A DNA stretch of 64,000 nucleotides from an uncultured Pseudomonadales bacterium (lineage in GTDB: Bacteria > Pseudomonadota > Gammaproteobacteria > Pseudomonadales > Porticoccaceae). The stretch lies in assembly GCA_949372765.1 (NCBI GenBank), contig CASIAU010000001.1, forward strand, positions 108,747-172,746. Reading direction: 5' to 3'. Position 1 is the first letter of the stretch; each line of letters begins with the position of its first letter. The notes beneath the pieces were generated by a model. That model was not told the DNA's origin, did not search any database, and was given only the letters and a program-made list of their open reading frames with translations. Positions 17,622 to 28,271 of the stretch are shown here, in pieces. The position numbers were made by a program, and so were the translations under genes.

Positions 17622-18751
17622 GGATTGGGCTCCTGACTGACTCTAGGCTTCATCGATAACGCAAATACATCTGGGCCTGCCGTTTGATCTTGCTCAAGAC
17701 TGAGCTGATATCCACGGATATTCAGTGACTTTTTAACCAAATTGGCGCCTCCTGAAACCTTGAGTTGAACGCCGTCAGTACTGGCGGTCATAGCCTGCAG
17801 TTCACACTGACACGCGTTCATCAAAGTATCCAGTGCAGATAGGGCTGCAACGGGCTCTGCTTGCAAACTTTTTTGTTGCTTAAACAGCTGCTCTATTCTG
17901 GCCTCGGCGGTAGATCTAAACGCTGTCAAAGCTGGCTTGGTAACGCCAAAGACTCGACTATGACTAGTTAACAGATGCTGCTCTAAGTCCACAACCTCCG
18001 CTTCAAGTGAGCGATTGGCCACCTGTAAATAGATCACTGTCAGAAGTAAAACCGCCATGGTAGATGCTGCCACAGGCCACCACTGAAACCACGCTGGACG
18101 TGCAGCCTTGGGTTTAAACTCTGCAGACATAAGACTAACAGCGGGAAATACTGCAAACTGCCAGTCGACGCTAGAGCTATTAATGTTAGCCGCTGCACGC
18201 AAATACTCTGGAACCATACCTTCATCAGGTAGTGAAATGGACAGTCGCGGTATGACATTCGCACTTTTTAAAATAGCGTCAACCATTACCCAGCCAACAT
18301 CAGGCGTAGCCGCAAAGCCACTATGACTGCCATCTCTTACCAATAACATACCCTCGCGCCAACCAACACTTAAAATTCCTGACTCCCAATCTAAGGCCAT
18401 GAAATCTGGCGCCATAGCCGTCGCCGCAATTCCCGCATTGTCAGCGATACGCATCCACTCTCGCATGTCTTGTTGGCTAACCGCCCATATATGTAGTTGC
18501 TGATCATCTCGATCAGCAACCACAAAATGCATCTCATCCACCGGTTGCAAGACCCGATCCTCAAGCATCCAGGGTATAAGTTCTGCCCACTTGCGCTCAG
18601 GCGCAGATGGAATATCTATCAAGTGCAGGCCAATGCGTTCTGAGGGCACCCATAAGCTTTTGGACTCCATATTGGTGCCCGATGCGGACTGCAGCGGGTC
18701 ATCTGAAGTATTCACTTGTCGGTCAAGATTGTAGAGGTGCTCGACACTCAT
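17618..18751 (-). CDS. gspL: Type II secretion protein GspL
   Basis: 377 aa with a cytoplasmic actin-like domain, one transmembrane segment (WWPVAASTMAVLLLTVIYLQV) and a periplasmic domain. Position between gspK and gspM. The true start may be an internal Met. Confidence 0.75.
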   Translation of the reverse strand: MSVEHLYNLDRQVNTSDDPLQSASGTNMESKSLWVPSERIGLHLIDIPSAPERKWAELIPWMLEDRVLQPVDEMHFVVADRDDQQLHIWAVSQQDMREWMRIADNAGIAATAMAPDFMALDWESGILSVGWREGMLLVRDGSHSGFAATPDVGWVMVDAILKSANVIPRLSISLPDEGMVPEYLRAAANINSSSVDWQFAVFPAVSLMSAEFKPKAARPAWFQWWPVAASTMAVLLLTVIYLQVANRSLEAEVVDLEQHLLTSHSRVFGVTKPALTAFRSTAEARIEQLFKQQKSLQAEPVAALSALDTLMNACQCELQAMTASTDGVQLKVSGGANLVKKSLNIRGYQLSLEQDQTAGPDVFALSMKPRVSQEPNP

Positions 18752-18756
18752 TTAGG

Positions 18757-19917
18757 TTAAATCCCCATCATTAAACAGGCAGGCTGTACTATATTACTTT
18801 CTTCATCAGACTGTTGGTTCTGATTATCATTTTTTGTAAATAATTTTTCGACTTCAGATAACTTTTTCGACTCAGGCAAGGCTGTGGGGACCATGACCAT
18901 AGTCCTAGCTATAACATCAGGCTGTGTTCCTGGCCTCCTGTGAAGGATACTGGTCACCTCAATGCGCGCCTCACCAATGGCCACCTCTAAATAAAGCTGG
19001 AAAAACTCACTGCTCACGGTGAGTAAATCTGCGTTCCATATTTGTCCTGCTGTCGTCCCTTTAACGCTAGTACTACTTGGATTAACAAACCCCAAGTATG
19101 TATCAAGCTGACTGTGAAGTTGATTCAAATCGCTAAAAGGTCGACCCTGAGCAACCACCTCGATAAATTGTGCCGAATAATTGCCGCCCAGTGCAAACAG
19201 TAGCTCTTCAGATGCCGTGTTAATATTAATTGGCATGCTGGCCCGAGGTGGTAATGGCAGAGTTGCTATCCATGGAAGTAAAAGTTGTACTTCTTGAACT
19301 CGATAACCCATTACATCGGCCAGTTCACTGGCATCACTCATTCGATCATTGGCGACCACTCTAGGAGGCTGAAAGGCCTCATAGTCAGGCTGCTCAGCAC
19401 CCGAACTGTTAATAAGTGTGGCGTCTGTATCCAGCCAGTCAATAATGGTCGCAGCGCGCGCTGGCGTGGCCGGTATTTCTAATAAATTAAGTAGGATGAT
19501 CCAGGCTTTTGCAAGGCCCATGTTGTCATATTGATTAAGCTCAGTTTGCAGTTTTCCAGCAGTGTAGCTGGAAAAGCTATTGAGGTTAATTCTGCTTTGG
19601 AGGTCACTGATACAGCCCGTCAGAGTCCCACCCTCCACGGGGAGCAATGGCATTGCTTGAGCCCATATTTCCCCATAGTGGTCTGATTGGTTAGTTTGAG
19701 GATTGCGACTATCTTCTTCAAGCAGTTCGCGGGCCCAACCCTCTCCACTCAGAGCAATTAATAGTGCCTGATCAGTATGCAGAGAAGCCGTTGCCTGAGA
19801 GACATCAATTTGGTGACGATAAAATATGTTAGTCATGATCAAGGTGATCGCTAACATCAGAATGATGGCGGCGAGTAAGGCTACCCCTTGCTGCTGGCTG
19901 CGTACTTTATTAATCAC
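18757..19917 (-). CDS. gspK: Type II secretion minor pseudopilin GspK
   Basis: N-terminal hydrophobic segment GVALLAAIILMLAITLIM, INLNS and ININTAS motifs, 386 aa. Position after gspJ. Confidence 0.8.
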   Translation of the reverse strand: MINKVRSQQQGVALLAAIILMLAITLIMTNIFYRHQIDVSQATASLHTDQALLIALSGEGWARELLEEDSRNPQTNQSDHYGEIWAQAMPLLPVEGGTLTGCISDLQSRINLNSFSSYTAGKLQTELNQYDNMGLAKAWIILLNLLEIPATPARAATIIDWLDTDATLINSSGAEQPDYEAFQPPRVVANDRMSDASELADVMGYRVQEVQLLLPWIATLPLPPRASMPININTASEELLFALGGNYSAQFIEVVAQGRPFSDLNQLHSQLDTYLGFVNPSSTSVKGTTAGQIWNADLLTVSSEFFQLYLEVAIGEARIEVTSILHRRPGTQPDVIARTMVMVPTALPESKKLSEVEKLFTKNDNQNQQSDEESNIVQPACLMMGI

Positions 19918-20530
19918 TCACCACCCCCGGAAACAGCCGCGACGTTTCAAATCCATTGTCAGCGGTAATGGTGACACTAATCATTCTTGGCAGCGCATAA
20001 GGGGAAAGCGTCACATTGATAGGAGGCCAGTCCAGTGAGTAACTTCCACTTTTAGCGAGATGGTTAAACTCCACCGCACTGACATTATCCAGCAGAGTAA
20101 GCACCGTCCCTTCAGACTGGCGCGGTGATTCGGTTATAGCCCAAGACGTTCTTATTAATTGCTGATCTTGATTCAACCGATAATCGACACGCCTTATCCC
20201 ACTGGGGTTTGTGCGCACCATAGGGCCGCCGCCACGACTAAATCTAATGCCAAAATCACTGGGGTCGGTGACATAGGCCGGCTCGAGCGAACCCAACCCG
20301 TCTGAAAATCGACGCGGCCTCATGTGCATTAGATCCCGACCAATAATTTGCCACGCACGCTGCAATTGAGCCTCTTCGGCTAGGTCATTTCGACTGCGTT
20401 CATTAACGCCCATCACTACTTCAACAGCCTGATAAGACATCACGGAGAGCACCGCCAGCAAGGCCAGAGACACTATCGCCTCAATTAACGTGAAGCCAGA
20501 ATATTTTTTCAATGAGAGAGTCTGTTGCAT
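19910..20530 (-). CDS. gspJ: Type II secretion minor pseudopilin GspJ
   Basis: Prepilin leader plus GFTLIEAIVSLALLAV; 206 aa. Confidence 0.82.
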   Translation of the reverse strand: MQQTLSLKKYSGFTLIEAIVSLALLAVLSVMSYQAVEVVMGVNERSRNDLAEEAQLQRAWQIIGRDLMHMRPRRFSDGLGSLEPAYVTDPSDFGIRFSRGGGPMVRTNPSGIRRVDYRLNQDQQLIRTSWAITESPRQSEGTVLTLLDNVSAVEFNHLAKSGSYSLDWPPINVTLSPYALPRMISVTITADNGFETSRLFPGVVSD

Positions 20531-20917
20531 TTATTGGACCAAATAAACGGCTAATGAAGACTGGTACTTTTCAGCAGTTGTCGAACCTGCCTGTACCTGA
20601 TAGCGGTAGAGGTCCTGTCCCATCGCCTTTTCAATTTGTATTTCCCATCGCCATTTCTGGCCAGCTTGCTCATCCACACCCTTTTTCTTGAGTGAAGGCG
20701 AGCTCCCGCTAGAGATCCATTTTTGCGACTGCTGATAGTGCTCCATCAAATGATTCCAAGCGACCTGATTAGCCAAGAAACGTTCTCTGAGTCTGACCCT
20801 TTCATCTGCATATTGATGCACCATATAAATCGCACTGCTGAGCACCCAGCCAAGTATAAAAAGGGCAATAACCACTTCTATTAATGTAAACCCTCGACTA
20901 TAACGGTTAGTTTTCAA
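20531..20917 (-). CDS. gspI: Type II secretion minor pseudopilin GspI
   Basis: GFTLIEVVIALFILG prepilin N-terminus; 128 aa. Confidence 0.82.
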   Translation of the reverse strand: MKTNRYSRGFTLIEVVIALFILGWVLSSAIYMVHQYADERVRLRERFLANQVAWNHLMEHYQQSQKWISSGSSPSLKKKGVDEQAGQKWRWEIQIEKAMGQDLYRYQVQAGSTTAEKYQSSLAVYLVQ

Positions 20918-21485
20918 CGCTGTCGCTCTCCATAGTCATCACCGATTTGATATCATCCCATTGGTAACTGAACGACTTATAAGAAGACTGGAACACAAGC
21001 ATTATTTGGCCTTGAGGCTCGATGTAGCCATCGGGAAGGAATGCTATTTCCGGCAACAGAAATTCGTCATCCTGTTCTTTTAGATCTCCCTCTTGATCTA
21101 ACTCAGTACGCCATGACTGACTTTGCGCCAAGAACTCTTCGTCTTCGCCAGATTCCATATTCCAGATAATTTCTGCTTCGTCGTGAACAGCATAGGGTTC
21201 AGGGGAAAGAACGGCGACCCAACGATTTCGATAATAAACCACCGGCTGCAATTCGGCGATCCGTTCTGCTTCCTCGTCGGAGGTAGACACAATCCCATAA
21301 GCTGCGCCTTCGAGAGAAGACCGTTCAGCTATCTGTTGCAACCAAAACAATAATCTCTCTGCTTCAGCGGGATAGCGTCGGTCAGAAGCCTGATTAATAG
21401 CCAAACCGCTCATTGCGGATAAAATTCCGACAATAGCCACAACCACCAGTAGCTCGATTAGCGTAAAGCCCTTGGGATTGTTCAT
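20907..21485 (-). CDS. gspH: Type II secretion minor pseudopilin GspH
   Basis: MNNPKGFTLIELLVVVAIVGIL prepilin N-terminus. At 192 aa it carries an acidic internal stretch. Confidence 0.8.
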   Translation of the reverse strand: MNNPKGFTLIELLVVVAIVGILSAMSGLAINQASDRRYPAEAERLLFWLQQIAERSSLEGAAYGIVSTSDEEAERIAELQPVVYYRNRWVAVLSPEPYAVHDEAEIIWNMESGEDEEFLAQSQSWRTELDQEGDLKEQDDEFLLPEIAFLPDGYIEPQGQIMLVFQSSYKSFSYQWDDIKSVMTMESDSVEN

Positions 21486-21527
21486 AAATAATTATTTAGT
21501 GGCATTTTTACGCAGCCACTTAAATCC

Positions 21528-21962
21528 TTAGTCATTAATATTCCAGTTGCCCCAGTCTCTATCCGAACCCTGACCACCACTGACATTATCAAGCCCAAGA
21601 GTAAACACTTCGACATTTTTGCCATGAGTCCCGGGATTTGCATACCGGTAAGGCTTCTGCCATGGATCTTTAGGAAGTTGCTCTAAGTAGGGGCCATTCC
21701 ATTTTGCTGCTGTACTTCCAGAGGGCGCAGACACTAGGACTTCTAGACCCTGCGACTGTGTTGGGTAGCGATAATTATCCAAGCGGTAAAACTTGAGAGC
21801 ACTCTCAATCTGACGAATATCTGAGGCGACTCGCGTCTTTTCGGCTTTTTCAACATTCCTAAATAAGTCAGGCGCTATGGCTGCAATCATGAGCCCCATT
21901 ATCGCGATTACGATCATTACCTCAATTAATGTAAAACCACTTTGTTTGCTTATTACCCTCAT
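21528..21962 (-). CDS. gspG: Type II secretion major pseudopilin GspG
   Basis: MRVISKQSGFTLIEVMIVIAIMGLM, then the GspG core (YRLDNYRYPT, PWQKPYRY). Start chosen at ATG 21962, which lies 6 nt after GAGGAG. The track ORF begins 45 nt further upstream. Confidence 0.92.
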   Translation of the reverse strand: MRVISKQSGFTLIEVMIVIAIMGLMIAAIAPDLFRNVEKAEKTRVASDIRQIESALKFYRLDNYRYPTQSQGLEVLVSAPSGSTAAKWNGPYLEQLPKDPWQKPYRYANPGTHGKNVEVFTLGLDNVSGGQGSDRDWGNWNIND

Positions 21963-22020
21963 TTTCATCTCCTCTGCACTGAACATGCTCACTGGATTGT
22001 CGAGCAAGACAATCTCATTA

Positions 22021-23232
22021 TTAAACCGAATTACTCATATCCATAATCGGAAGCATCACCGCCGCCATAATCGCTAATACCATTCCACCCATTAGTAAAA
22101 TTAGAATGGGCGTCAGTAACTTTAAAAAGACGTCTACTGCATTTTCCAACCGCGCAGAATAGTATTCAGCAACTCGCAATAGCATTTTGTCGAGCTCACT
22201 AGAGGCCTCTCCACTGCCCACCATGTGCACTAAAAACCCACTGCCAGAGAGATTATCTTCAAGCGCCTTATGCAGACTGGTACCTTGGCGCATCGCCTCA
22301 GTGACTCGATTAAATATTTTCTGTAGTGCAAGGTTAGTGATCACTGCTGAAGATATTTTTAATGCCGACAAGGCTGGAACACCGCTACTTAATAGTACGC
22401 CCAAATTGCGCGACCAATCGGAAATATCAGCCATTCTGATCCAGCGGCCCAAACCGGGAGAATTCAGGATCATTTGATGCCATCTAAGCTTAGTTTGCGG
22501 GTTTTTCATAGCGTAGCGAAAAACCAGTATAGCCAACACAATAAAAGCCAAGACATAAGCCCCATAGTTCTGTGCAAAATTACTGATACTGACAACAACC
22601 TCAGTAATCCAGGGCAATTCCCGATTTCTACTGGCAAACACAGCAGTTAATTTGGGCACTACCCAAACCATCATCATTGATACAATTATTATCGATACAC
22701 TGACCAGCGTTATCGGGTAGATAAGTGCTCGAGAAATGGTCTTACGATTCTCGGCACTGGTCTCAAGCTCCTCTGCTAGACGCAATAAAATATTATGCAG
22801 ATGGCCTGTTTCTTCACCCACACCCACACCAGCAATAATGCTTTCCGGGATTTGATAAGGCGAACGGCGCAAGGCCTCCGAGAAACTGCGCCCCTCCGTT
22901 ATTTCGCTGCGCCAACTCTCTACCAAACGTCTTTGCTTGTCTGTCTCTGCCTGCTCAATAGTCATGCGCAAGGATTCTTCCAGAGGCAATCCAGATTGAA
23001 TTAAGATTGCCTGCTGATGAAGGAGGAGTGATAAATCAAGATTATCCACTCGCGCTTGGCGACGTACCTTAGACCCTTTTTTTGTTACCTTTTGGCCGAC
23101 TTCGCTAAGCGTTGATGGTAACAACTTTTTGTCTTTGAGGAGACGTCTGGCCTGCCGGTCAGAGTCGGCAGAAATGACGCCATTGACCAGTTTTCCTGAG
23201 GCGTTGTAAGCGGAGTAATCGAAGGCTGGCAT
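22021..23232 (-). CDS. gspF: Type II secretion inner-membrane platform protein GspF
   Basis: 403 aa with two GspF/PilC repeats and three transmembrane regions. Position between gspE and gspG. Confidence 0.92.
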   Translation of the reverse strand: MPAFDYSAYNASGKLVNGVISADSDRQARRLLKDKKLLPSTLSEVGQKVTKKGSKVRRQARVDNLDLSLLLHQQAILIQSGLPLEESLRMTIEQAETDKQRRLVESWRSEITEGRSFSEALRRSPYQIPESIIAGVGVGEETGHLHNILLRLAEELETSAENRKTISRALIYPITLVSVSIIIVSMMMVWVVPKLTAVFASRNRELPWITEVVVSISNFAQNYGAYVLAFIVLAILVFRYAMKNPQTKLRWHQMILNSPGLGRWIRMADISDWSRNLGVLLSSGVPALSALKISSAVITNLALQKIFNRVTEAMRQGTSLHKALEDNLSGSGFLVHMVGSGEASSELDKMLLRVAEYYSARLENAVDVFLKLLTPILILLMGGMVLAIMAAVMLPIMDMSNSV

Positions 23233-23238
23233 GACTAT

Positions 23239-24708
23239 TTAAACACTAGTGACACGAAGAACTTCTTCTATCGTAGTCATTCCATCATTAACCAGCGCAA
23301 ACCCGGCCTGACGTATACTAGGCACCTGCTCTCTTATCTTCGCCTCTAAATCAATCTCTCCTGCATTTTCATGAATAAGCGTTTGTAGCGCGGCATCCAC
23401 GGTGACTAACTCAAACAATGCTTGACGACCGGCATAGCCGGTACTGTTGCATTTACCACAACCACCCGCCTCATAAATTTTATGGCCTTTTTTTAATTTC
23501 AACAAATCGCGATTGAATTCATTCGGCTCAACCTCTTGCCGACAATGATGACAGAGTTTACGCAGCAAACGTTGCGACAGAATACCCCTGATAGTGGAAG
23601 CCAACAGAAAACTGTCCACCCCCAAATCTTGCAATCGCGTAATGGCACCCGCCGCCGTATTCGTGTGGAGGGTTGAGAGCACAAGGTGACCCGTTAAGCT
23701 TGACTGGGTAGCAATTTCAGCAGTCTCTCCATCACGAATCTCACCAATCAAAATAACATCTGGATCCTGTCTCAAAATCGCCTTCAAGCCACGAGCAAAC
23801 GTCATTCCAGCCCGTAAATTAATTTGTGTTTGACTGATACCCGGCAGATCATATTCAACAGGATCTTCCACCGTCATGATGTTGCGGCCTTGACGATCCA
23901 TCTGTTGCAACGCCGCATACAGAGTTGTAGTTTTACCTGAACCGGTGGGACCCGTCACCAAAACAATACCGTGCGGACGGCGGATCAAAGCATCCAATTG
24001 CGCAGAAGTGTCTGCCGGCATACCTAGATCATCAACTTGGAGTTTTCCCGCATCTTTATCTAGAAGACGCATCACTACGCGCTCTCCATGACTTGAAGGC
24101 ATGGTAGAAATACGAAGATCAATACTGCGGCCACCCAACTTCACGCTCATGCGCCCATCCTGAGGCAGACGCTTTTCGGCGATATCGAGCTTTGACATGA
24201 CCTTGATACGTGAAATCAGTAACGGGGTTATTTGCGCAGAAGGTTTTAGGACTGTGCTCAACACGCCATCAAGACGAAAACGCACCAGCGATTCTTTTTC
24301 GTAAGGCTCAACATGAATGTCAGAGGCGTTTTCTTTTAAAGACTCGGCCAAAATAGCATTGAGCAGGCGAATGATCGGTGCATCATCCTCGGCATCTAAC
24401 AGATCCCCAGTTTCCTCTAAGTCAGCGGCGGCAGACTCCATATCAACAAAATCTTTGATGTCCTCCATGACCGATTCTGACGAATTTTTCCTGCCACTAT
24501 AAAGGGTAGAAAGCATCTTATCAAAAGCCTCACTATCGACGCGATTAATTGCTGAAAAGCCGCCATTAATGCGGCTGACTTCAGCGATTGCCCAATGGCT
24601 CACATCAGGGGAAAGTACAAGATCCCCCTCAACCTCTCGCACCAACAACCCGTTGTTGCGAGCAAACTCGAAGGGTAGCATTCTGGTGCTTGAATTTGAC
24701 ATCTTCAC
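23239..24708 (-). CDS. gspE: Type II secretion ATPase GspE
   Basis: Walker A GPTGSGKTT, Asp and His boxes, and a tetracysteine motif (CHHC...CGKC); 489 aa. Confidence 0.96.
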   Translation of the reverse strand: MKMSNSSTRMLPFEFARNNGLLVREVEGDLVLSPDVSHWAIAEVSRINGGFSAINRVDSEAFDKMLSTLYSGRKNSSESVMEDIKDFVDMESAAADLEETGDLLDAEDDAPIIRLLNAILAESLKENASDIHVEPYEKESLVRFRLDGVLSTVLKPSAQITPLLISRIKVMSKLDIAEKRLPQDGRMSVKLGGRSIDLRISTMPSSHGERVVMRLLDKDAGKLQVDDLGMPADTSAQLDALIRRPHGIVLVTGPTGSGKTTTLYAALQQMDRQGRNIMTVEDPVEYDLPGISQTQINLRAGMTFARGLKAILRQDPDVILIGEIRDGETAEIATQSSLTGHLVLSTLHTNTAAGAITRLQDLGVDSFLLASTIRGILSQRLLRKLCHHCRQEVEPNEFNRDLLKLKKGHKIYEAGGCGKCNSTGYAGRQALFELVTVDAALQTLIHENAGEIDLEAKIREQVPSIRQAGFALVNDGMTTIEEVLRVTSV

Positions 24709-24809
24709 GTCCTCGAAAAACTACTTATTACTATTTTTCCACTCGCTTTCGCATAATGACTCGAATGGAGGTTTTTTTGGTAAGTACCTTGCTGGCATGG
24801 CGAACTTCC

Positions 24810-25145
24810 TCAATCCGCCGAGGGCTTTCCTCCGGCCATCGAGGGATAGGGGAAGGGGCTTACGTTACCGCCCTTGGCTTCGGTAATCTTGCCCACGCCC
24901 TCTTTTTCCACTTCATCAATCCGGATAATAGATTGCATCGGAATAAAACTGCGCTTGATATCAGCAAACTCATTTTTGAGCTTCTCTTCTGCCGGATCCA
25001 CAATCATCTGTGATCGCTCTCCGAATAGAAATTCCTCAACCTCAAGAAAGCCCCAAAGATCACTCTGAAAAACATGCCGAGCAAAAATCTCATAGACCTG
25101 CCCTTGATTTAAAAAGTTAATACGGTAGATCGGTTCGCTGGCCAT
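24810..25145 (-). CDS. DUF1820-family small protein
   Basis: 111 aa. The opening [20 protein letters not shown]...[12 protein letters not shown] resembles the conserved small protein found divergent from miaB in pseudomonads. Function unknown. Confidence 0.6.
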   Translation of the reverse strand: MASEPIYRINFLNQGQVYEIFARHVFQSDLWGFLEVEEFLFGERSQMIVDPAEEKLKNEFADIKRSFIPMQSIIRIDEVEKEGVGKITEAKGGNVSPFPYPSMAGGKPSAD

Positions 25146-25259
25146 AAAATATCACTGTTAAAAGGGCTAAATGGAATGTGTGATGATAGCATATCAGGGC
25201 AAAATCACATCGCAAAATGTTGCGCAATAGGCTCTCAAGGCTATAATGGCGCGTCTCCA

Positions 25260-26615
25260 ATGAGTAAGACCATAAGAATGCTGGAAAAGTCAGTTAAAAA
25301 ACTTCATATCGTAACGCACGGTTGTCAAATGAATGAATATGACTCGGCGCGCATGCGAGACTTACTTGGCGAAAGTCATCAAATGGTAATTACCGATAAC
25401 GCCAAAGATGCTGATGTTATATTGCTAAATACTTGCTCGATTAGAGAAAAAGCACAAGAAAAAGTATTTCATCAACTGGGCCGATGGAAGCACCTCAAAG
25501 AAGCCAAGCCAGATTTATTGATTGGCGTAGGCGGCTGTGTTGCCAGCCAAGAAGGTGCCGCCATTGCTAAACGAGCGCCCTTTGTAGATCTTATTTTTGG
25601 CCCGCAGACACTGCATCGTCTTCCAGAAATGATGGAGACAAAGCAAGCTAACGGTGCTGTTGTTGTGGATATTAGCTTCCCTGAGATTGAAAAATTCGAT
25701 CGCCTTCCTGAACCTGAAGCTGACGGTCCCAGCGCCTTTGTATCCATTATGGAGGGCTGCTCCAAGTACTGTACTTTTTGCGTTGTTCCGTACACCAGAG
25801 GCGAAGAAGTCAGTCGCCCCATCGCCGATGTTTTAGCGGAGATCAACGCTCTCGCCGAACAGGGCGTACGCGAAGTCAATCTTCTTGGCCAAAATGTTAA
25901 TGCTTATCGTGGCGATATGCCCGATGGTACGATTTGCGATTTTGCTGAACTCATTCCATTTGTTGCCAGTATCGAAGGCATCGATCGTATTCGTTATACT
26001 ACTTCGCATCCAGTAGAATTCTCTGATGCCCTTATCGACGTCTATAGCCGCGTGCCTGAGCTAGTGAGTCACTTGCATTTACCCGTACAGAGTGGCTCAG
26101 ACAAAATTCTTATGGCAATGAAGCGCGGTCATACCGCAATTGAGTACAAGTCTAAGATTCGCCGACTGCGTCAACTGCGGCCAGATATGAGTATTTCCTC
26201 TGATTTCATTATTGGTTTTCCCAATGAATCTGAAGACGATTTTGCCGCTACTATGACGTTAATTGAACAGGTGGGGTTTGATACCTCATTTAGCTTCATC
26301 TATAGCGCGCGCCCAGGAACTCCGGCGGCTGACTTATCAGATAACGTCAGTCCCGAGGAAAAAAAACAGCGCCTTAAGATACTGCAGTCTAGAATTTTAC
26401 AGAATGCCATGGAAATTAGTCGGCGTATGGTAGGTACTCAACAACATCTTCTAGTCACCGGCGTATCAAAGAAGGATCCTGGCGAACTTCAAGGGCGCAC
26501 CGAAAATAACCGTGTAGTGAATTTCCGCACTAGCAATCAAAATCTAATCGGCGATTTTGCCGATGTCATGATCACAGAAGCCTTACCAAACTCGCTTCGC
26601 GGCCAAATGGTTTAA
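25260..26615 (+). CDS. miaB: tRNA-2-methylthio-N6-dimethylallyladenosine synthase MiaB
   Basis: [17 protein letters not shown] (UPF0004 domain), radical-SAM cluster [11 protein letters not shown], and a C-terminal TRAM domain. Start uncertain: 25260 or 25278 is more likely than the track start at 25176. Confidence 0.93.
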   Translation: MSKTIRMLEKSVKKLHIVTHGCQMNEYDSARMRDLLGESHQMVITDNAKDADVILLNTCSIREKAQEKVFHQLGRWKHLKEAKPDLLIGVGGCVASQEGAAIAKRAPFVDLIFGPQTLHRLPEMMETKQANGAVVVDISFPEIEKFDRLPEPEADGPSAFVSIMEGCSKYCTFCVVPYTRGEEVSRPIADVLAEINALAEQGVREVNLLGQNVNAYRGDMPDGTICDFAELIPFVASIEGIDRIRYTTSHPVEFSDALIDVYSRVPELVSHLHLPVQSGSDKILMAMKRGHTAIEYKSKIRRLRQLRPDMSISSDFIIGFPNESEDDFAATMTLIEQVGFDTSFSFIYSARPGTPAADLSDNVSPEEKKQRLKILQSRILQNAMEISRRMVGTQQHLLVTGVSKKDPGELQGRTENNRVVNFRTSNQNLIGDFADVMITEALPNSLRGQMV

Positions 26616-26780
26616 CGCTGCTTTAAAAGCAACATCACTCGATGCAATAAGAAATCTTGTTATGCAGCCCAGTCACTTTATTTTTTTAATCAATAGTGGT
26701 CGGTAAAAAGAGTTTACGCTGATCCCATGATCGGGCTATGCTAGAGGCAGTTAACAACTTTATAGGCGTTTAAGCACACC

Positions 26781-27794
26781 TTGAAACAACTGGAAACCCA
26801 ACCTGCAGCTTTTAGTGTTACCCTTGAGCCAAACGATGCTCATCGCCTCGCCTCTCTCCGCGGCCAATTTGATGACAATCTACGCTTAATTGAGGGCCGC
26901 CTCAATGTAGAAATACGCTCTAGAGATAACTTCTTTGCCGTTTATGGCGATCCAGGTCCTGCAAAGCATGCTACTGACACCCTACATAATCTTTATCAAG
27001 AAACAGCCCACTTTAGTGCCGTCACCCCTGAAGAAGTCCACCTCCATCTTAGACAATTTGAGAGCACAACATCTATGGATCAACTCGCCAAGAACTCAGA
27101 GCAGGTCACTGACCTCGATAATTTTTCTGTTATTCGCACAAAAAAAGGCAGTATTAAGCCGCGAGGACTCAATCAACAACGTTATGTTCGGTCGATACAA
27201 ACGCATGATATCAACTTTGGTGTTGGCCCCGCTGGTACAGGAAAAACCTACTTGGCGGTAGCCTGTGCCGTCGAGGCATTGCTAAGAGATGAAGTGGAGC
27301 GAATTTTACTGGTGCGTCCAGCCGTTGAGGCAGGCGAGCGCCTCGGGTTTTTACCTGGCGATCTCGCTCAGAAAGTAGATCCCTATTTGCGACCACTTTA
27401 CGACGCTCTGCATGAAATGCTTGGTTTTGAAACCGTGGCGAAATTGCAGGAGCGAAACGTTATTGAGATTGCGCCATTGGCTTATATGCGCGGACGCACC
27501 CTCAACGGTGCCTATATCATTCTTGATGAAAGCCAAAATACTACTCGAGAACAAATGAAAATGTTTTTAACCCGTATTGGTTTCGGCTCCACTGCAGTGA
27601 TAACGGGTGATATGTCACAAATTGATTTGCCACGAGGCGTGAACTCCGGTTTAGTGCACGCGTGTGAAGTCCTTAAAAATGTTGAAGAGATCAGTTTTAC
27701 TCACTTTGAATCCTGTGATGTGGTTCGTCACTCCATTGTTCAGAGCATTGTTGACGCTTATGACGCCTTTGATAAAGAAAATCAATTAACTTAA
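26781..27794 (+). CDS. ybeZ: PhoH-like ATPase (YbeZ)
   Basis: GVGPAGTGKTYLAVA Walker A, LGFLPGDLAQKVDPYLRPLYDAL, and IILDESQNTT; near-collinear with E. coli YbeZ. TTG start. Confidence 0.93.
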   Translation: MKQLETQPAAFSVTLEPNDAHRLASLRGQFDDNLRLIEGRLNVEIRSRDNFFAVYGDPGPAKHATDTLHNLYQETAHFSAVTPEEVHLHLRQFESTTSMDQLAKNSEQVTDLDNFSVIRTKKGSIKPRGLNQQRYVRSIQTHDINFGVGPAGTGKTYLAVACAVEALLRDEVERILLVRPAVEAGERLGFLPGDLAQKVDPYLRPLYDALHEMLGFETVAKLQERNVIEIAPLAYMRGRTLNGAYIILDESQNTTREQMKMFLTRIGFGSTAVITGDMSQIDLPRGVNSGLVHACEVLKNVEEISFTHFESCDVVRHSIVQSIVDAYDAFDKENQLT

Positions 27795-27796
27795 CT

Positions 27797-28264
27797 ATGC
27801 CTATTTCGATTGATATCCAGCGAGCCTGCCCATCTGAGAATATCCCCAGTGACAACTCAATAAAGCGCTGGGCAGTGGCCGCACTGGGTAATCATAGTGA
27901 TCCTACTGAACTGAGTATAAGGGTTGTCGGAGAATCTGAGAGCGCTACCCTAAACAAGCAATACAGAGGAAAATCGGGCGCCACCAACGTGCTTTCATTT
28001 CCTTTTTCTGCAGTAATCCCGGAACCACTGCCATTGCTGGGAGATCTCGTTATCTGCGCGCCTATAGTCAGTGCAGAGGCTAAGCAGCAAAATAAGTCTC
28101 TGCAGGCACACTGGGCACATATGATAGTGCATGGCGTATTACATTTAGTGGGTTATGATCATTGCGATAACAGTGACGCGGAAGTCATGGAAGCACTGGA
28201 AACAGAAATTTTGCTTGGCTTGAATTACCCTGCCCCCTACACTGAAACAACAGAGCACATTTGA
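27797..28264 (+). CDS. ybeY: rRNA maturation endoribonuclease YbeY
   Basis: Zinc motif HGVLHLVGYDH; 155 aa; conserved position after ybeZ. Confidence 0.95.
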   Translation: MPISIDIQRACPSENIPSDNSIKRWAVAALGNHSDPTELSIRVVGESESATLNKQYRGKSGATNVLSFPFSAVIPEPLPLLGDLVICAPIVSAEAKQQNKSLQAHWAHMIVHGVLHLVGYDHCDNSDAEVMEALETEILLGLNYPAPYTETTEHI

Positions 28265-28271
28265 GCAAAAG

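Noticed and set aside
21963-22007. Upstream start for gspG at 22007.
   Set aside because: The prepilin leader is normally short. ATG 21962 lies 6 nt after GAGGAG and gives the expected MRVISKQSGFTLIE.
25176-25259. 28-aa N-terminal extension of miaB.
   Set aside because: The Cys-rich, low-complexity extension has no counterpart in MiaB. Internal Mets at 25260 and 25278 give a normal N-terminus. The exact start remains uncertain.
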